A DNA stretch of 64,000 bases from Octopus sinensis (taxonomy: Eukaryota): positions 21,576,001 to 21,640,000 of the forward strand of contig NC_043015.1 in the NCBI RefSeq assembly GCF_006345805.1. The letters run 5' to 3'. Position 1 is the stretch's first letter, and the number at the start of each line of letters is the position of its first letter. Shown one piece after another: positions 13,431 to 24,460 of the stretch. The notes under the pieces were generated by a model, which was not told where the DNA came from, did not search any database, and worked only from the letters and a program-made list of their open reading frames with translations. The translations under genes and the position numbers were made by a program.

Positions 13431-13575
13431 CAATCAGCTCAACCAACCAATCAGCTTAAGTAATTGGGTGATACTACACACCGATTGGTCAGAATACAGT
13501 TTGCAAAACCTAGCACTCTGGAGCCTACCCAGCTGTATTTATAGCACAGAATCAATCATCTTGCTACAGTCAAAA
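13431..13575 (+). promoter_or_regulatory. Putative Pol II promoter in the pseudo-LTR (CCAAT, inverted CCAAT, TATA-like)
   Basis: CCAATCAG near 13447, GATTGG near 13483 and TATTTATAG near 13536, upstream of the first ATG at 13863. Motif-only evidence. Confidence 0.4.
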
Positions 13576-13840
13576 ATTGTGAAGCATGACTGTCAACACT
13601 ACTACATGAACCCGAAGATTGCAGAATTCAATGCATGAAAGTACTAGTTCAATCAGAATGAACATTTAACATTCTACTATTCCATTTTATTTTATTCAAT
13701 TATAATATATTATCTTATAATATATCATTATAAGATTGTAAATAAAACGTGAAAATCAGACAAGGTTGGAATTCCTTTTATTAATATATTCTTCTATACA
13801 CAATCACACACACCCATATATATATATATATATATATATA
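13431..13840 (+). repeat. 5' pseudo-LTR of the PLE
   Basis: Near-identical to 17685-18092 by direct comparison. Confidence 0.95.
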
Positions 13841-15696
13841 TTCCTATTGTGTATATGCCAACATGTCTGGAAAGCAACAAACAAAATTAACAGAATCAGA
13901 AAGAATTCTAATGGAATTTTCATCGAAATTATCAACACTCATCACGATGATTGACACACAATCCTCTATTTTAAAGGAAATAGAAAAACAGTCTACAGAC
14001 GGAAAACTTGGAAATGAACACATAAACTCTGAAATTAAGAATTTAGCTGAAATGATACCAACAATTATAAAATCCGCAAGAGAAAGCCTACCACAACCTC
14101 CTTGGATGTCAGAAATAAACGAAAGAAATCTGGAAAAGAGGCACACCGAAAAAGAGAAGAGATACAGAAGACATGGAAAAAACTCCTTAACATAAGAAAA
14201 CAAAACTTCTGGAAGGCATATAAATGCGAAAATCTTGCTGAAATACATTCGAAATGGATATCTTTAGCGGCACCCATACTTCCTCGGAAGTACCTAATTA
14301 AAGAAATTGCAGGAGAACCAGAGGAAGAAACATAACTTCGATGGGACCTTAGTTTGATAAAATTCAGGACCGACATCTCCATTACCCTGTTTAAACAATC
14401 CCGCTACAAAGCCAAATACGAAGCTATCGATGATCAAATCAGAGATGAAATATCCAAACTAACGACCGGCAATATAGCAGAAAAAATGCGAGAACTATGG
14501 ATCAGAGATATCTCAAAAGAAGAAAGCAGATCAAGAAAGTTTTGGCAGCGGAAACAATTATTTCTCGACAAATATGCTACAAATTACGGTAAAGACACCA
14601 GAACTCCGAGAAATAGCATTAAAAGTGGACAACCTCACCAACGCAACATACACCAGAACACGTGGCAACATGAACACCCGTTTCACCACGAATCGAAGAC
14701 AAACTACGGTAAGAACTCTTCCCATTTTTTATGCAAACACCCTAATGCACACAACATGAACAAAAAGCACAAACAAAATAGATATTGTTTTGAACAGACC
14801 ATTAGCAGTAGAAATAACAGGAGATCATTTTCAAGACCTCAACAGAGATTACCCACAAGAAACTGGACAAAAAACCGATCTAGATCTAGAAGTAAACCCA
14901 GATCATTTCTCCAGGTGGTTAAAAACAATGCTAACAAGAAATTGAAAAGTAGCATACATAATACAAAAACAAGACAGAAAACAACGAAACCAAGTAAAGT
15001 ACCACAACCAAAACGCAAAATTCATCAAGCAACATCAGAGGATATAAATATAACAGAAAAAATCCATTTTTATTTTTTTCGTCAGGACAACAAACACCGG
15101 AGAAAGAAAAAATCCAAGAGGAAACATACCCCAAACAACTGAACGTATAGATCCTAAAATAATTAATTTATCAAAAAGAGATCTTGACAATGATGAAATC
15201 CAACTTCTGTCAAAAGGACTGAAATTCACACCTACACCAACAGCCAACCACCAAGAATTAAAGGAGGATATCCAAAAATTCTGTCGAAAATTACGACTTG
15301 TAGAATTCTTCGCTAACAAAAGTAATGAGATTGATGAATCCCTAGTAAGGAATAAATCAAATTTCACCCCACCAAAAGGAAGAAATAACTACCTTGACCA
15401 ATACATTGATATCCTGTCTAAATTTCCCCTTAGACGCAATACCAATGTTAGGCCAAACATTAGCAAATCAGAGATGTCTGCATGTAAACGTATACAAAAC
15501 GATCAAACAATAATAATTAAACAAGCAGATAAAGGTGGTGCAATTGTTATTATGGATACCGAATACTATAAGGATTTGGTTGAAGACCAACTGAAGGATA
15601 CAACCTTCTATTGTGAAATACCCGCAAATATAGACCACCACATCATGAAAAAGATCAACAACCTGATCTCAACACACCACAACTCAGTTACGGATA

Positions 15697-16596
15697 ATGA
15701 AAAAGAATACATCACCAATTTCGAACCAAAACCCAGCAACTTCTACGGCTTACCAAATAACACAAATCAAAAAAATTCAACAGGCAGTAAAAGAACAAGA
15801 AAGTGAGTACATAAAATTATTACGTCCAAAAGACCTAAAACTTAGACCTATTATAGCTGGTCCAGCATGCCCTACACACCGTCTAAGCAATTTTATTGAC
15901 ATTGTTTTGAAACCACTATGTACTTACATACCAAGTTTCATCAGGGATGACATCGACTCCCTGTCCCATCTTCCCAAAACAACAGAAACAAATTCAGTTT
16001 TACTACGTTTTGATGTGGTAAGCCTCTACACCAATATTCCACACGATTTAGGAATAAAGGCGATTAAATGTTGGTTAGAAAAACATAGAGCAGTGATTCC
16101 CAGCAGATTCACAGTGCCATTTATATTAGACACAGTCAAACTTATTCTAGAAAATAACACATTCTTTTTCAATGGAAAGAATTACATCCAAATTAGAGGC
16201 ACGGCGATGGGAACGAGGTTTGCTCCCGTTTACGCCAACTCTGTAATGGGATACTTAGAACAACAACTCTACCAAGAGGTGGAGGTAAACTATGGCACTG
16301 GATTTAGAAAGTATATTGAAAATGCATGGAAGAGATACCTAGACGACTGCTTCATAATCTGGACAGAATCTCTAAATACTCTGGAAGAGTTCAATATCCT
16401 CCTGAACAACCTACACCCATCTCTCCAATTTACAAAGGAGATGAGTAGTACCAAATTACCATTCCTAGATATAATAGTAATTAAAAAAGACACCACCATC
16501 ACCACAGATATATACTATAACACACAGACACATCAATACCTAAATTTTAAGTCGTGCCATCCACCACATACAAACGTAACATCCCATACTGCCTAG
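15697..16596 (+). CDS. PLE reverse transcriptase core (frameshift-bounded segment)
   Basis: LRPIIAGPACPTHRLS, FDVVSLYTNIPH, QIRGTAMGTRFAPVYAN, catalytic YLDD at about 16336-16347, LPFLDI thumb motif. Confidence 0.93.
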   Translation: MKKNTSPISNQNPATSTAYQITQIKKIQQAVKEQESEYIKLLRPKDLKLRPIIAGPACPTHRLSNFIDIVLKPLCTYIPSFIRDDIDSLSHLPKTTETNSVLLRFDVVSLYTNIPHDLGIKAIKCWLEKHRAVIPSRFTVPFILDTVKLILENNTFFFNGKNYIQIRGTAMGTRFAPVYANSVMGYLEQQLYQEVEVNYGTGFRKYIENAWKRYLDDCFIIWTESLNTLEEFNILLNNLHPSLQFTKEMSSTKLPFLDIIVIKKDTTITTDIYYNTQTHQYLNFKSCHPPHTNVTSHTA

Positions 16597-16804
16597 CCAG
16601 AAGAATTTGTACCATTGTAAAGATGAAATATCAGGAACAAACGCCTAATAGAACTAAGAGAATTTTTGCTCAAACAAAAATACCGATCTCTACTTATAGA
16701 AAATGGCATACAGCGGGCTATAAAAATACCCATACAACAACTTAGGACAACCCAGGAAGAGGAAAACAAGAACAAGTCATACCATTCATAGTGACACACA
16801 ATCC

Positions 16805-17374
16805 ATGTCACCAGAATATCTTCAACATTGCCAAGCAAACCTACCAATCATTGCCCAAAGTAATGAATTAAAAGACATAATCACTGATCTAGCTATGGTG
16901 CTTAGTAAAAGACAGCCTAAAAACTTGAAAACATTACTAACAAAGGCAAAATTTGACCTTAGCAACAAAGACCAAACATTCACGGTGTCTAAATGCAATG
17001 ATAGCCGATGTGGCACATGCCAATTCATACATACCGGTCAATATATAAACACAAAAACCGGGAAAATATTCACAAACGCGAATATGAACTGCAAAAGCAG
17101 AAATTTAATTTACTGCATCAAATGCCCAAATTGTGAAGAAATATATGTAGGTCAGACGGGAAACGCACTATTAGAACGCACACGTGTACACCGGCAACAG
17201 ATTAGAGACCCAGAGGTCCGTCAGATACCTTTGAGTAACCACCTAGCAACATGTGGCCGGAAAATGCATTTAATATTTCCGTTCTACAAATTACACAGCC
17301 CAAGTGAAATCGAGAGGAGAATCAGAGAAAAGAATTTTATTGATAAATTCGAACCCAAGCTAAATAAGCAATAA
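16805..17374 (+). CDS. PLE C-terminal GIY-YIG endonuclease with upstream Cys cluster
   Basis: KCNDSRCGTC...NCKSRNLIYCIKCPNCEEIYVGQTG...RTRVHRQQI...REKNFIDKFEPKLN matches the PLE GIY-YIG pattern. Confidence 0.92.
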   Translation: MSPEYLQHCQANLPIIAQSNELKDIITDLAMVLSKRQPKNLKTLLTKAKFDLSNKDQTFTVSKCNDSRCGTCQFIHTGQYINTKTGKIFTNANMNCKSRNLIYCIKCPNCEEIYVGQTGNALLERTRVHRQQIRDPEVRQIPLSNHLATCGRKMHLIFPFYKLHSPSEIERRIREKNFIDKFEPKLNKQ

Positions 17375-17684
17375 TAATAATACTTAGAGGTATTACTTCC
17401 ACTGCTACGACCATGACCACTAACAACAACAACAATACTAAAGGTGATCAAGATGAAGATAGCGGGAAAATGATCTTATTTAGGGTTAAAAGTTCTATTG
17501 CCACCACCATCACCACTAGCAACAATAATTAAGGTGCTGACAATGATGATGATGACAATTGAAATATAAAAATCTCTGACAAAGGATATTTACAACATTT
17601 CTAAAAATAACCCAACAATTGCTGCTTCGGCCAGGGTCAAGATACAGGACTCTTGACATGGCCAACAAAGCGTGATGCCTAAAC

Positions 17685-18092
17685 CAATCAGTTCAACCAA
17701 CCAATCAGCTTAAGTAATTGGGTGATACTAGACACTGATTGGTCAGAATACAGTTTGCAAAACCTAGCACTCTGGAGCCTACCCAGCTGTATTTATAGCA
17801 CAGAATCAATCATCTTGCTACAGTCAAAAATTGTGAAGCATGACTGTCAACACTACTACATGAACCCGAAGATTGCAGAATTCAATGCATGAAAGTACTA
17901 GTTCAATCAGAATGAACATTTAACATTCTACTATTCCATTTTATTTTATTCAATTATAATATATTATCTTATAATATATCATTATAAGATTGTAAATAAA
18001 ACGTGAAAATCAGACAAGGTTGGAATTCCTTTTATTAATATATTCTTCTATACACAATCACACACACCCATATATATATATATATATATATA
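17685..18092 (+). repeat. 3' pseudo-LTR of the PLE
   Basis: Near-identical to 13431-13840; ends in CACACACCC-A(TA)n. Confidence 0.95.
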
Positions 18093-18439
18093 CAGGTGTG
18101 TGTATTATGTATGTATGTATGTATGTATGTATGAATGTTGTATGTATGTATGTATGTATGTATGTATGTATGTATGTATGTATGTATGTATGTATGTATA
18201 TATATATATATATCTATATATATATATATATCTATATATATATATTATATATATATATATATATAATTGTTAAAGTGGACAACAACGTTAAGGCAAGGCT
18301 ATCCTATTTAGCAATTATTCATCTGCTATATCAGGAATCTGCAAGGGCTGCATAACTACCGGCTCAGTTATAACCTTGAAGCCCTAGTAATCCGTTACAG
18401 CTCTTGCATACTTTAGATCACCTGTGAACTAACACCCCA

Positions 18440-18494
<55 letters not shown>

Positions 18495-19045
18495 ACACAC
18501 ACACACATATATATATATATAATATATATATATATATATTATATATATATATGTATATATATATATACATGTATGTATATATGTATATATTATGATATGT
18601 AGAAAAATACAAACTGCGACAAGAACGCATAACACTTAGAAGACGATACAACAAACAAAGACAGGACATTCGAAGACCTCAGTCTTCAGTCAAGAACCGG
18701 ATCATCGTAGCAATTTCGGCTGATTAATCTTGAGATTACTAGATCCGGCCAGCCCTCCAGGAAAAACTAAGCAACGAGCATTAGAAAAACTAAGCTAGGA
18801 GCGTAGATTTCCTGGAAGAAGGATCGAATGCATACGAACACAGGGACAGCAAAACGGACGGTGCCACACGAATATAAAAAACAAAAAACAATAATGAAAT
18901 ACAAAAGCGATAATGGTAAAAACAGCAGGTGTCTTACGACTAATAACAGTGCAAACAAGTTTGGCTGGCGTATTCTGGAAAAATTGCCTTAACGGCGAAC
19001 AAGGACAACGATGTTGTCACGGCGCTGGTCAGAGGCCGAAAGGCG

Positions 19046-19120
<75 letters not shown>

Positions 19121-19714
19121 ATACATGCACACACTGCTGGCTGTGTGGTAATAAGTATGCTCTCCGGGCACATTGCCCTCATATCAGTACCACTGCGTTA
19201 TACCTGGGAATATTGGTTTTTCCTATGCTATTCCTCCTGAATGATGAGAGGCGCTTGTTATTGGATTTGGTGCATGGAAATAGAAATCAGTCCCTAATAT
19301 TTATGTATATATACATAATATACTCATACATTTGTATATATTAAATATTATATTATTTATATATCTAGATATCTATCTATCTATCTTTACACATGAAGAT
19401 TATGAGGGTTTTAGTTCGATTGTGATCTAAAAGAATAGGTAAATTGTATACCTAGTTATAATTTAGCTTCTAATTGCGCAGCTGAGGCTGGTTATAGTGA
19501 TCCGGATTGGGATCAGTTACAGCAAGTATGTATGTATATTAGAAGGAAAAGCAAAACCAAGACAGAACGAATAACGCAAGTTATTTGGAATAAATGAATT
19601 AAAGTAAGGTGAATTTGATGCCTTACACCCGTTTCTGGGATAACACAAGCGGTAGGTTACATGCCAGGCACAGGGTATTCCGTGTTCATAAACAAGGTGT
19701 CTCTGTTCGTCCCA

Positions 19715-19892
19715 CCAACATCGCTTGACAACCGATGCTCGTGTAACTTAGCGATTCGGCGAAAGAGACCGATAAAATAAGTACTAGGGTTACAAAGAAT
19801 AAGTTCTGGGCTCGATTTGCTCGACTAAAAGCGGTGCTCCAGCATGGCCGCAGTCAAATGACTGAAACAAGTAAAAGAGTAAAAGAGTAAAC
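19715..19892 (+). mobile_element. SINE tail ending in (AAAAGAGT)n
   Basis: CGCTTGACAACCGATGCT...GCGGTGCTCCAGCATGGCCGCAGTCAAATGACTGAAACAAGTAAAAGAG. Confidence 0.75.
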
Positions 19893-19923
19893 TAGTATAT
19901 ATATATATATTTACACACACACA

Positions 19924-19976
<53 letters not shown>

Positions 19977-20040
19977 GCACAATTGTTAAACAGGCCAGCA
20001 AACATCTAATGTAGTATACAATATAATAGGAATAAATTTA

Positions 20041-20135
20041 AAATCTTACAGCTGTTTCTGGGATATCCCTGAGTATGGGACATTCCGTCATCAGAAATAT
20101 TCCTTCATTAGAGATATCCCGTCATCAGAGACAAT
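20041..20135 (-). ncRNA. Type-I hammerhead ribozyme with long stem II enclosing a second CTGATGA
   Basis: GTCT-CTGATGA-c GGGATATC...GATATCCC a-GAAAC AGCT GTA-AGAT; palindromic ACAGCTGT stem III; triplet GUA. Confidence 0.65.
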
Positions 20136-20440
20136 AGGGAAAATTATAGAAAATGAGAATGGTTATATTAACAAAATGACGACATAGAGGAAAGAAGTAT
20201 TTCGCGTCTTTTTATTTGTTTTTGAGATGTCCACAATATAAGGATTTTAATACACATGGATATATGCAAGATTGCACTAAAAACAATAATGTTCTGGTTG
20301 CTATAACATCGGAAAATTGAACTATGAACTTTATGCTTCTTTTCTCTTCTTTCTTTCTATATCGTTACTCTTTTACTCCCTTCCTCTATATCATCCTTTT
20401 ATTAATATAACCATTCTCATTATCCCTATATTTTTCCCTA

Positions 20441-20500
20441 GTTGTCTCTGATGACGGCATGTCGCATGCTCGGGAATATCCGAAACAGTTGTAAGATTTT
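20441..20500 (+). ncRNA. Type-I hammerhead ribozyme, inverted homolog of 20041-20135
   Basis: GTCT-CTGATGA-c GG...CC-GAAAC AGTT GTA-AGAT. Confidence 0.6.
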
Positions 20501-20725
20501 GAATTCGTTCCAATAATACAGTATACGTCTTGAGATGTCTACCTTGCTTTAATGTTTGTTGTCCTGTTTAACAATTATATATCTGCTGCATCGGAAATCT
20601 GTAATGGTTTAATAACTACCGTTTTGGTGATATCTTTGGAGCCCCAGTAATCCGTCACAACACGTACCTAATCGTTGAGATCACCGGTAAACTATGTGTG
20701 CATGTAGGTATATGTATATATATAT

Positions 20726-20769
<44 letters not shown>

Positions 20770-20779
20770 ATATGCGTAT

Positions 20780-21830
20780 TGTCCTTGCACAGAGGCCATC
20801 CGGATTCCCGCTTGTGCCGTGAACAGGGATTAATCTTCTCTCTTCGCTCTTTTACGCCATTTGTGCTCAACTGTCCCCCCTTTTCATCTAACCTCCCACC
20901 GACTCCTACTTCTCTTCAGTCCTTCATCTTTTCACCCCTACTCTTTCCCTCCTCTTCCCTTCTTTCCCTTCTTTCTCTTCTTCCATCTACTTCTTTCTTC
21001 TTCCCTCTTCCCCTTCTCTCTTTCTCTCTGCTCCATCACTCCCTTCTCTTCCCCTCCCCCTCCTCTCCCTACCACTTCCCCTCATTTACCCTCCCCCTTC
21101 TCCTCCCCCTCATTCTCCTCATCTCCCTTCTCCACTCCCCCTCCCCTCCCATATTTTCTCCCCCCTCTCACTCTCCCCACAACCCCCACTCTACCCCAAC
21201 CCCCAGCCGAACCCACACCCCACAGGAGCGTTCCCTACTCTCGCCCCCACCTCCCCACAAAATCACACCACACTACACTACACCATGCGACATTACACAT
21301 CACATCACAACACACCACCCACAGCACACCGCCCACACACCCATCCCCAAATCTTTACACCTACATATGCATACACATATCATATCACAACACCCCACCT
21401 ACACACCCAACCCCATAGCTCCACACCCACACATACATACACACGTCCAGACCACCAGCCCTCTTTCACACGCACATACATACTCTCTTCTACACACACG
21501 CACCTTCGTTTTGGGTCACCTTCGTTTTGGAAGTCACTTGACCCTGTTATCTCCCCTACTATCCCTCTAGCGTCTAACGTGTGACCTCTGCCTGAAGTCA
21601 GAACGCCATGATAAACCGTTAGCTCCTACACGCATCTCTCCTTGTTTCTCTCGTTGTTTCTTTTCTATGTATCTTTCTGTCGAAGAGTGTAGGCTCGAAA
21701 CGTAAAAGACTTGTTCTATTTCTATTCTTTAGCGCCATACTAATACATTTGTTTGTTTGTACTCCTTTGTACTCCTTTGTTTGTACTCCTTCGACTTTTG
21801 TTTATTTTCGTAAACCTTCCCGTTATATGT
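20780..21830 (+). mobile_element. PLE 3' end remnant: endonuclease C-terminus, low-complexity 3' region and HHR-bearing terminal segment
   Basis: RLCREQGLIFSLRSFTPFVLN resembles the EQ-x-LIF-x-L-x-T-x-P-x-G-x-N tail of Neptune-like PLE endonucleases. It is followed by a pyrimidine/CA-rich tract and a repeat shared with 6600-7290 and 60000-60180. Confidence 0.6.
21673..21708 (+). ncRNA. Minimal hammerhead-like motif with non-canonical core (CTGTCGA)
   Basis: CTTT-CTGTCGA-a GAG tgtagg CTC-GAAAC GTA-AAAG. It matches the minimal PLE HHR layout except for U at position 6. Confidence 0.5.
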
Positions 21831-21856
21831 ATATATACATATATATACATACATAT

Positions 21857-22850
21857 TGTTATGCCGCGCACTCCACTCAGGACCCTTAGACCCTAGGCCT
21901 TCCGGGTCGATAACGGACCCTAAGCCGCGACGACGCTCAGCGCTCAGTCAAATGAAAGCTCACCACGGAAAGCGGGGGAAAAGTGAACGAAAGCCAGAGC
22001 CAGAGACAACGACAACAACGACAGAGAGAACAGCGGAGGCAGTTGAATTTAACAATTTATATAACTTCACAAAATCAGAACATTTCAAAACAAAAGCATT
22101 TAACTACAAGGTTAACAAACATTTAACAGATCGTACACAGAGTTAAAAAAGACAATCAATGGCATTTAGCAAAATACAACGTCCGACAACAATCAGTTGA
22201 CGTTCAGAGTTCGATCCTTCAAAACAAATAGTCTTTCTCTTTCTTTTCCTTCTTTTTACAGTCTCTTTCTCTTTTCTTTTCTCCCCCTTCCAACACAATG
22301 TTCTTTTTCTTTTAGAAACACATCTTACAGTTCTCTTTCTTTTCCTTTTCTTTTCAACAGATTACGTCACAGAGTCCCCCTTTTTTACATTCAAACATCA
22401 AAGTTCAAAACATAAATAAACATTACCGCATGTTCCTCGTCCGCAACGCTCAAAACAAAACCCCATTATATCAGTCCGAATTCAAAATGTCTCTCTCTGC
22501 CCCTACACTGCCATCTTCCTTACTTCCTCCCGCTCGTCAATTCTCACATTCACTGCCTGTCCTCCTCGCTTCGCCGCTATCATCTCTTGGCTGGCTGTCC
22601 GCATCGACTGACCGTCTCTCCCAACTACTGCCTCTTGCCAACTCCTAAATGAATTCCTAACACCAAATCCCCTCGCCTTTTTAAAGGGTGGAATTTTTAT
22701 TTTTTTATCACCTTTCCCTGACCGTGCTGGGATCAGAGTTCAGTCCCTGCAATGATTATTTACCGTGGCCGTTGACTGGACAAAGAACATTTTCGTCGTC
22801 CTGAACAACTGGAGCGCCGGTTCAACTCCAACCAACGGAACTAGGGCACA
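21857..22850 (-). mobile_element. Probable solo LTR (about 994 bp)
   Basis: TGT...ACA termini, higher GC than the flanks, non-coding, TATA-like TTTAAAAAGG on the minus strand. The candidate 4-bp TSD is imperfect (ATAT/ATTT). Confidence 0.45.
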
Positions 22851-22876
22851 ATTTTCTCCTGTTGATTTACCTCCGT

Positions 22877-22944
<68 letters not shown>

Positions 22945-23164
22945 ATATAGCATATATATATATATTGCTACATACATACATATATATACACATATGCATA
23001 TATATTTATATAGATGCATCAATGTGTGTGTGCGTGTGTATGCATTTCTGAAATGTGTTTGTCCCGCAACAACACTTAAAAATCCGGTGTTATTTCGTTT
23101 ACATCCACGTACCGTAGCGTCTCTGTTTAAGAGGACGTTAGAATAAATAACAGGTTTAAAAAAT

Positions 23165-23250
23165 ATAAGTACTCCTGTCTATTTGCTCGACCAGATATTT
23201 CTAAGCGTTGTTCCAGCATGACCTCATTCCAGTGACTGAAACAATTGAAA
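23165..23250 (+). mobile_element. Short SINE tail fragment next to the 3' end of the R4/Dong fragment
   Basis: AAGTACT..TTTGCTCGAC..TTCCAGCATGACC..GTGACTGAAACAA. Confidence 0.5.
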
Positions 23251-23269
23251 GAGGAAAGCTCCCTTTGTT

Positions 23270-24460
23270 TTTTATTACCAACGCACCAATTACTAATAAT
23301 GCTATCGTCGTACGAAGCTTCCTCATTTTTGTAATTTCAATTTGCAGATCTTTATACTGAGAAAACCCTCCGTATTCTTTTCTAGAGACATTTTGATCTT
23401 GTGGGACTGATATATCTATTACCACACAAGTTCCTCTGTTGTAGTCTTTGATCACAATATCGATTGGCAAGTTGCAAAGGATGGTGACGCCCTCCCCATT
23501 TCCTGCAATCTCTGGATAGTGCCTGTTCACTTATCTTGGGAATTAATTTTGTAGTACTTACGAGCACTCCAGTGGATGTACTGCCATAGTCTTTCATATC
23601 TTATGAGGTACTCCTTTGCAGCGAGGACTGGGCAGCCAGAAACAACATGATCAATTGTATCTGTGAATTTTCCGCAAATTCTGCATGAGGTGTCAAATTC
23701 ATCTTTAAGAAAATTTGAATGGTAGTTTCTGGTAGGAAAGCTCCGATCTTGTGCTGCAATAACAAACCCCTATGTTTTTTCTTTCAGACTTAAGCCTTGT
23801 AGTCATTGGTGTCTTGGAGTTTGATCAATATCTGGCTTGGACAGGCGGTTAGGATATTTTCCATGCAGGATTTTACTTTCCAGTTGTCTCCGATATTATT
23901 AAAGCAAACCTTCTTTAATTTTTTAATGTTTTTTTTTATCAATGAGAGGTTTGTTACTATTTCAATCTTTCTGGTCTTTCTGATTGGTAATTTCTAAATC
24001 AGGAGAAGCAATGGTAAGTCTGTCAGTATTTGGATGTCTTTGCTCATACTTATTGTTAACTTGTAGGACAACAGACGTTTTGAAATTCATGACAGAAGCT
24101 TGTATGAAATCTCTATGCTTCAGTGCAGTTCGAATGAGCACATCACGTATTAAGGTACGTTTCAAAGCCTATTATTGTTGATTTGAAGATTTGTTCGAGA
24201 TGTATCAGGCCTCTTCCATCTATTTTTCTGTTTACATCTGATTTTGGATGGTACATTCGGTACCTTGTGAAAATTCTTGGATCTTTCCATACATATTCTG
24301 CATGTCAATGAGACTCCACTTAATGATAACGAAGTTATATGTGGTTACTGGTATTGCCAAAGAATTGACCGCATTACCGAGTGACGGTAAGCTAGATTGT
24401 CTGTATGTCTGTATATGGCTGTCTATTTTTTTAATTGTGAAATTAGGAAAGAAGTGAGGT
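23270..24460 (-). mobile_element. Decayed R4/Dong-clade non-LTR fragment (RT thumb, CCHC, RLE)
   Basis: NSLAIPVTTYNF..IKW, GFVIAAQDRS, CRICGK..TIDHVVSGCPVLA, PIDIVIKDY..TCVVIDISVPQDQNVS, YKDLQIEI, LVIGAL. Confidence 0.88.

Larger units (their letters stand above)
13863..17374 (+). pseudogene. Interrupted PLE polyprotein: N-terminal domain, RT, Cys/Zn linker, GIY-YIG endonuclease
   Basis: Colinear ORF pieces 13863-14195, 14102-14335, 14354-15142, about 15054-15806, 15697-16596, 16554-16745 and 16805-17374. They are joined by frameshifts and one in-frame TAA at 14333-14335. Confidence 0.85.
13431..18092 (+). mobile_element. Near-full-length Penelope-like retroelement (probably Neptune-type) with terminal direct repeats (pseudo-LTRs)
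   Basis: Direct repeats at 13431-13840 and 17685-18092 (about 3 mismatches seen). The interior encodes the PLE RT N-terminus (IINLSKRDL..LLSKGLKFTPTP; IIIKQADKGGAIVIMD), RT core (FDVVSLYTNIP, GTAMGTRFAP, RYLDDCF), a Cys-rich linker and a GIY-YIG endonuclease. Both ends abut (TA)n. Confidence 0.95.
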
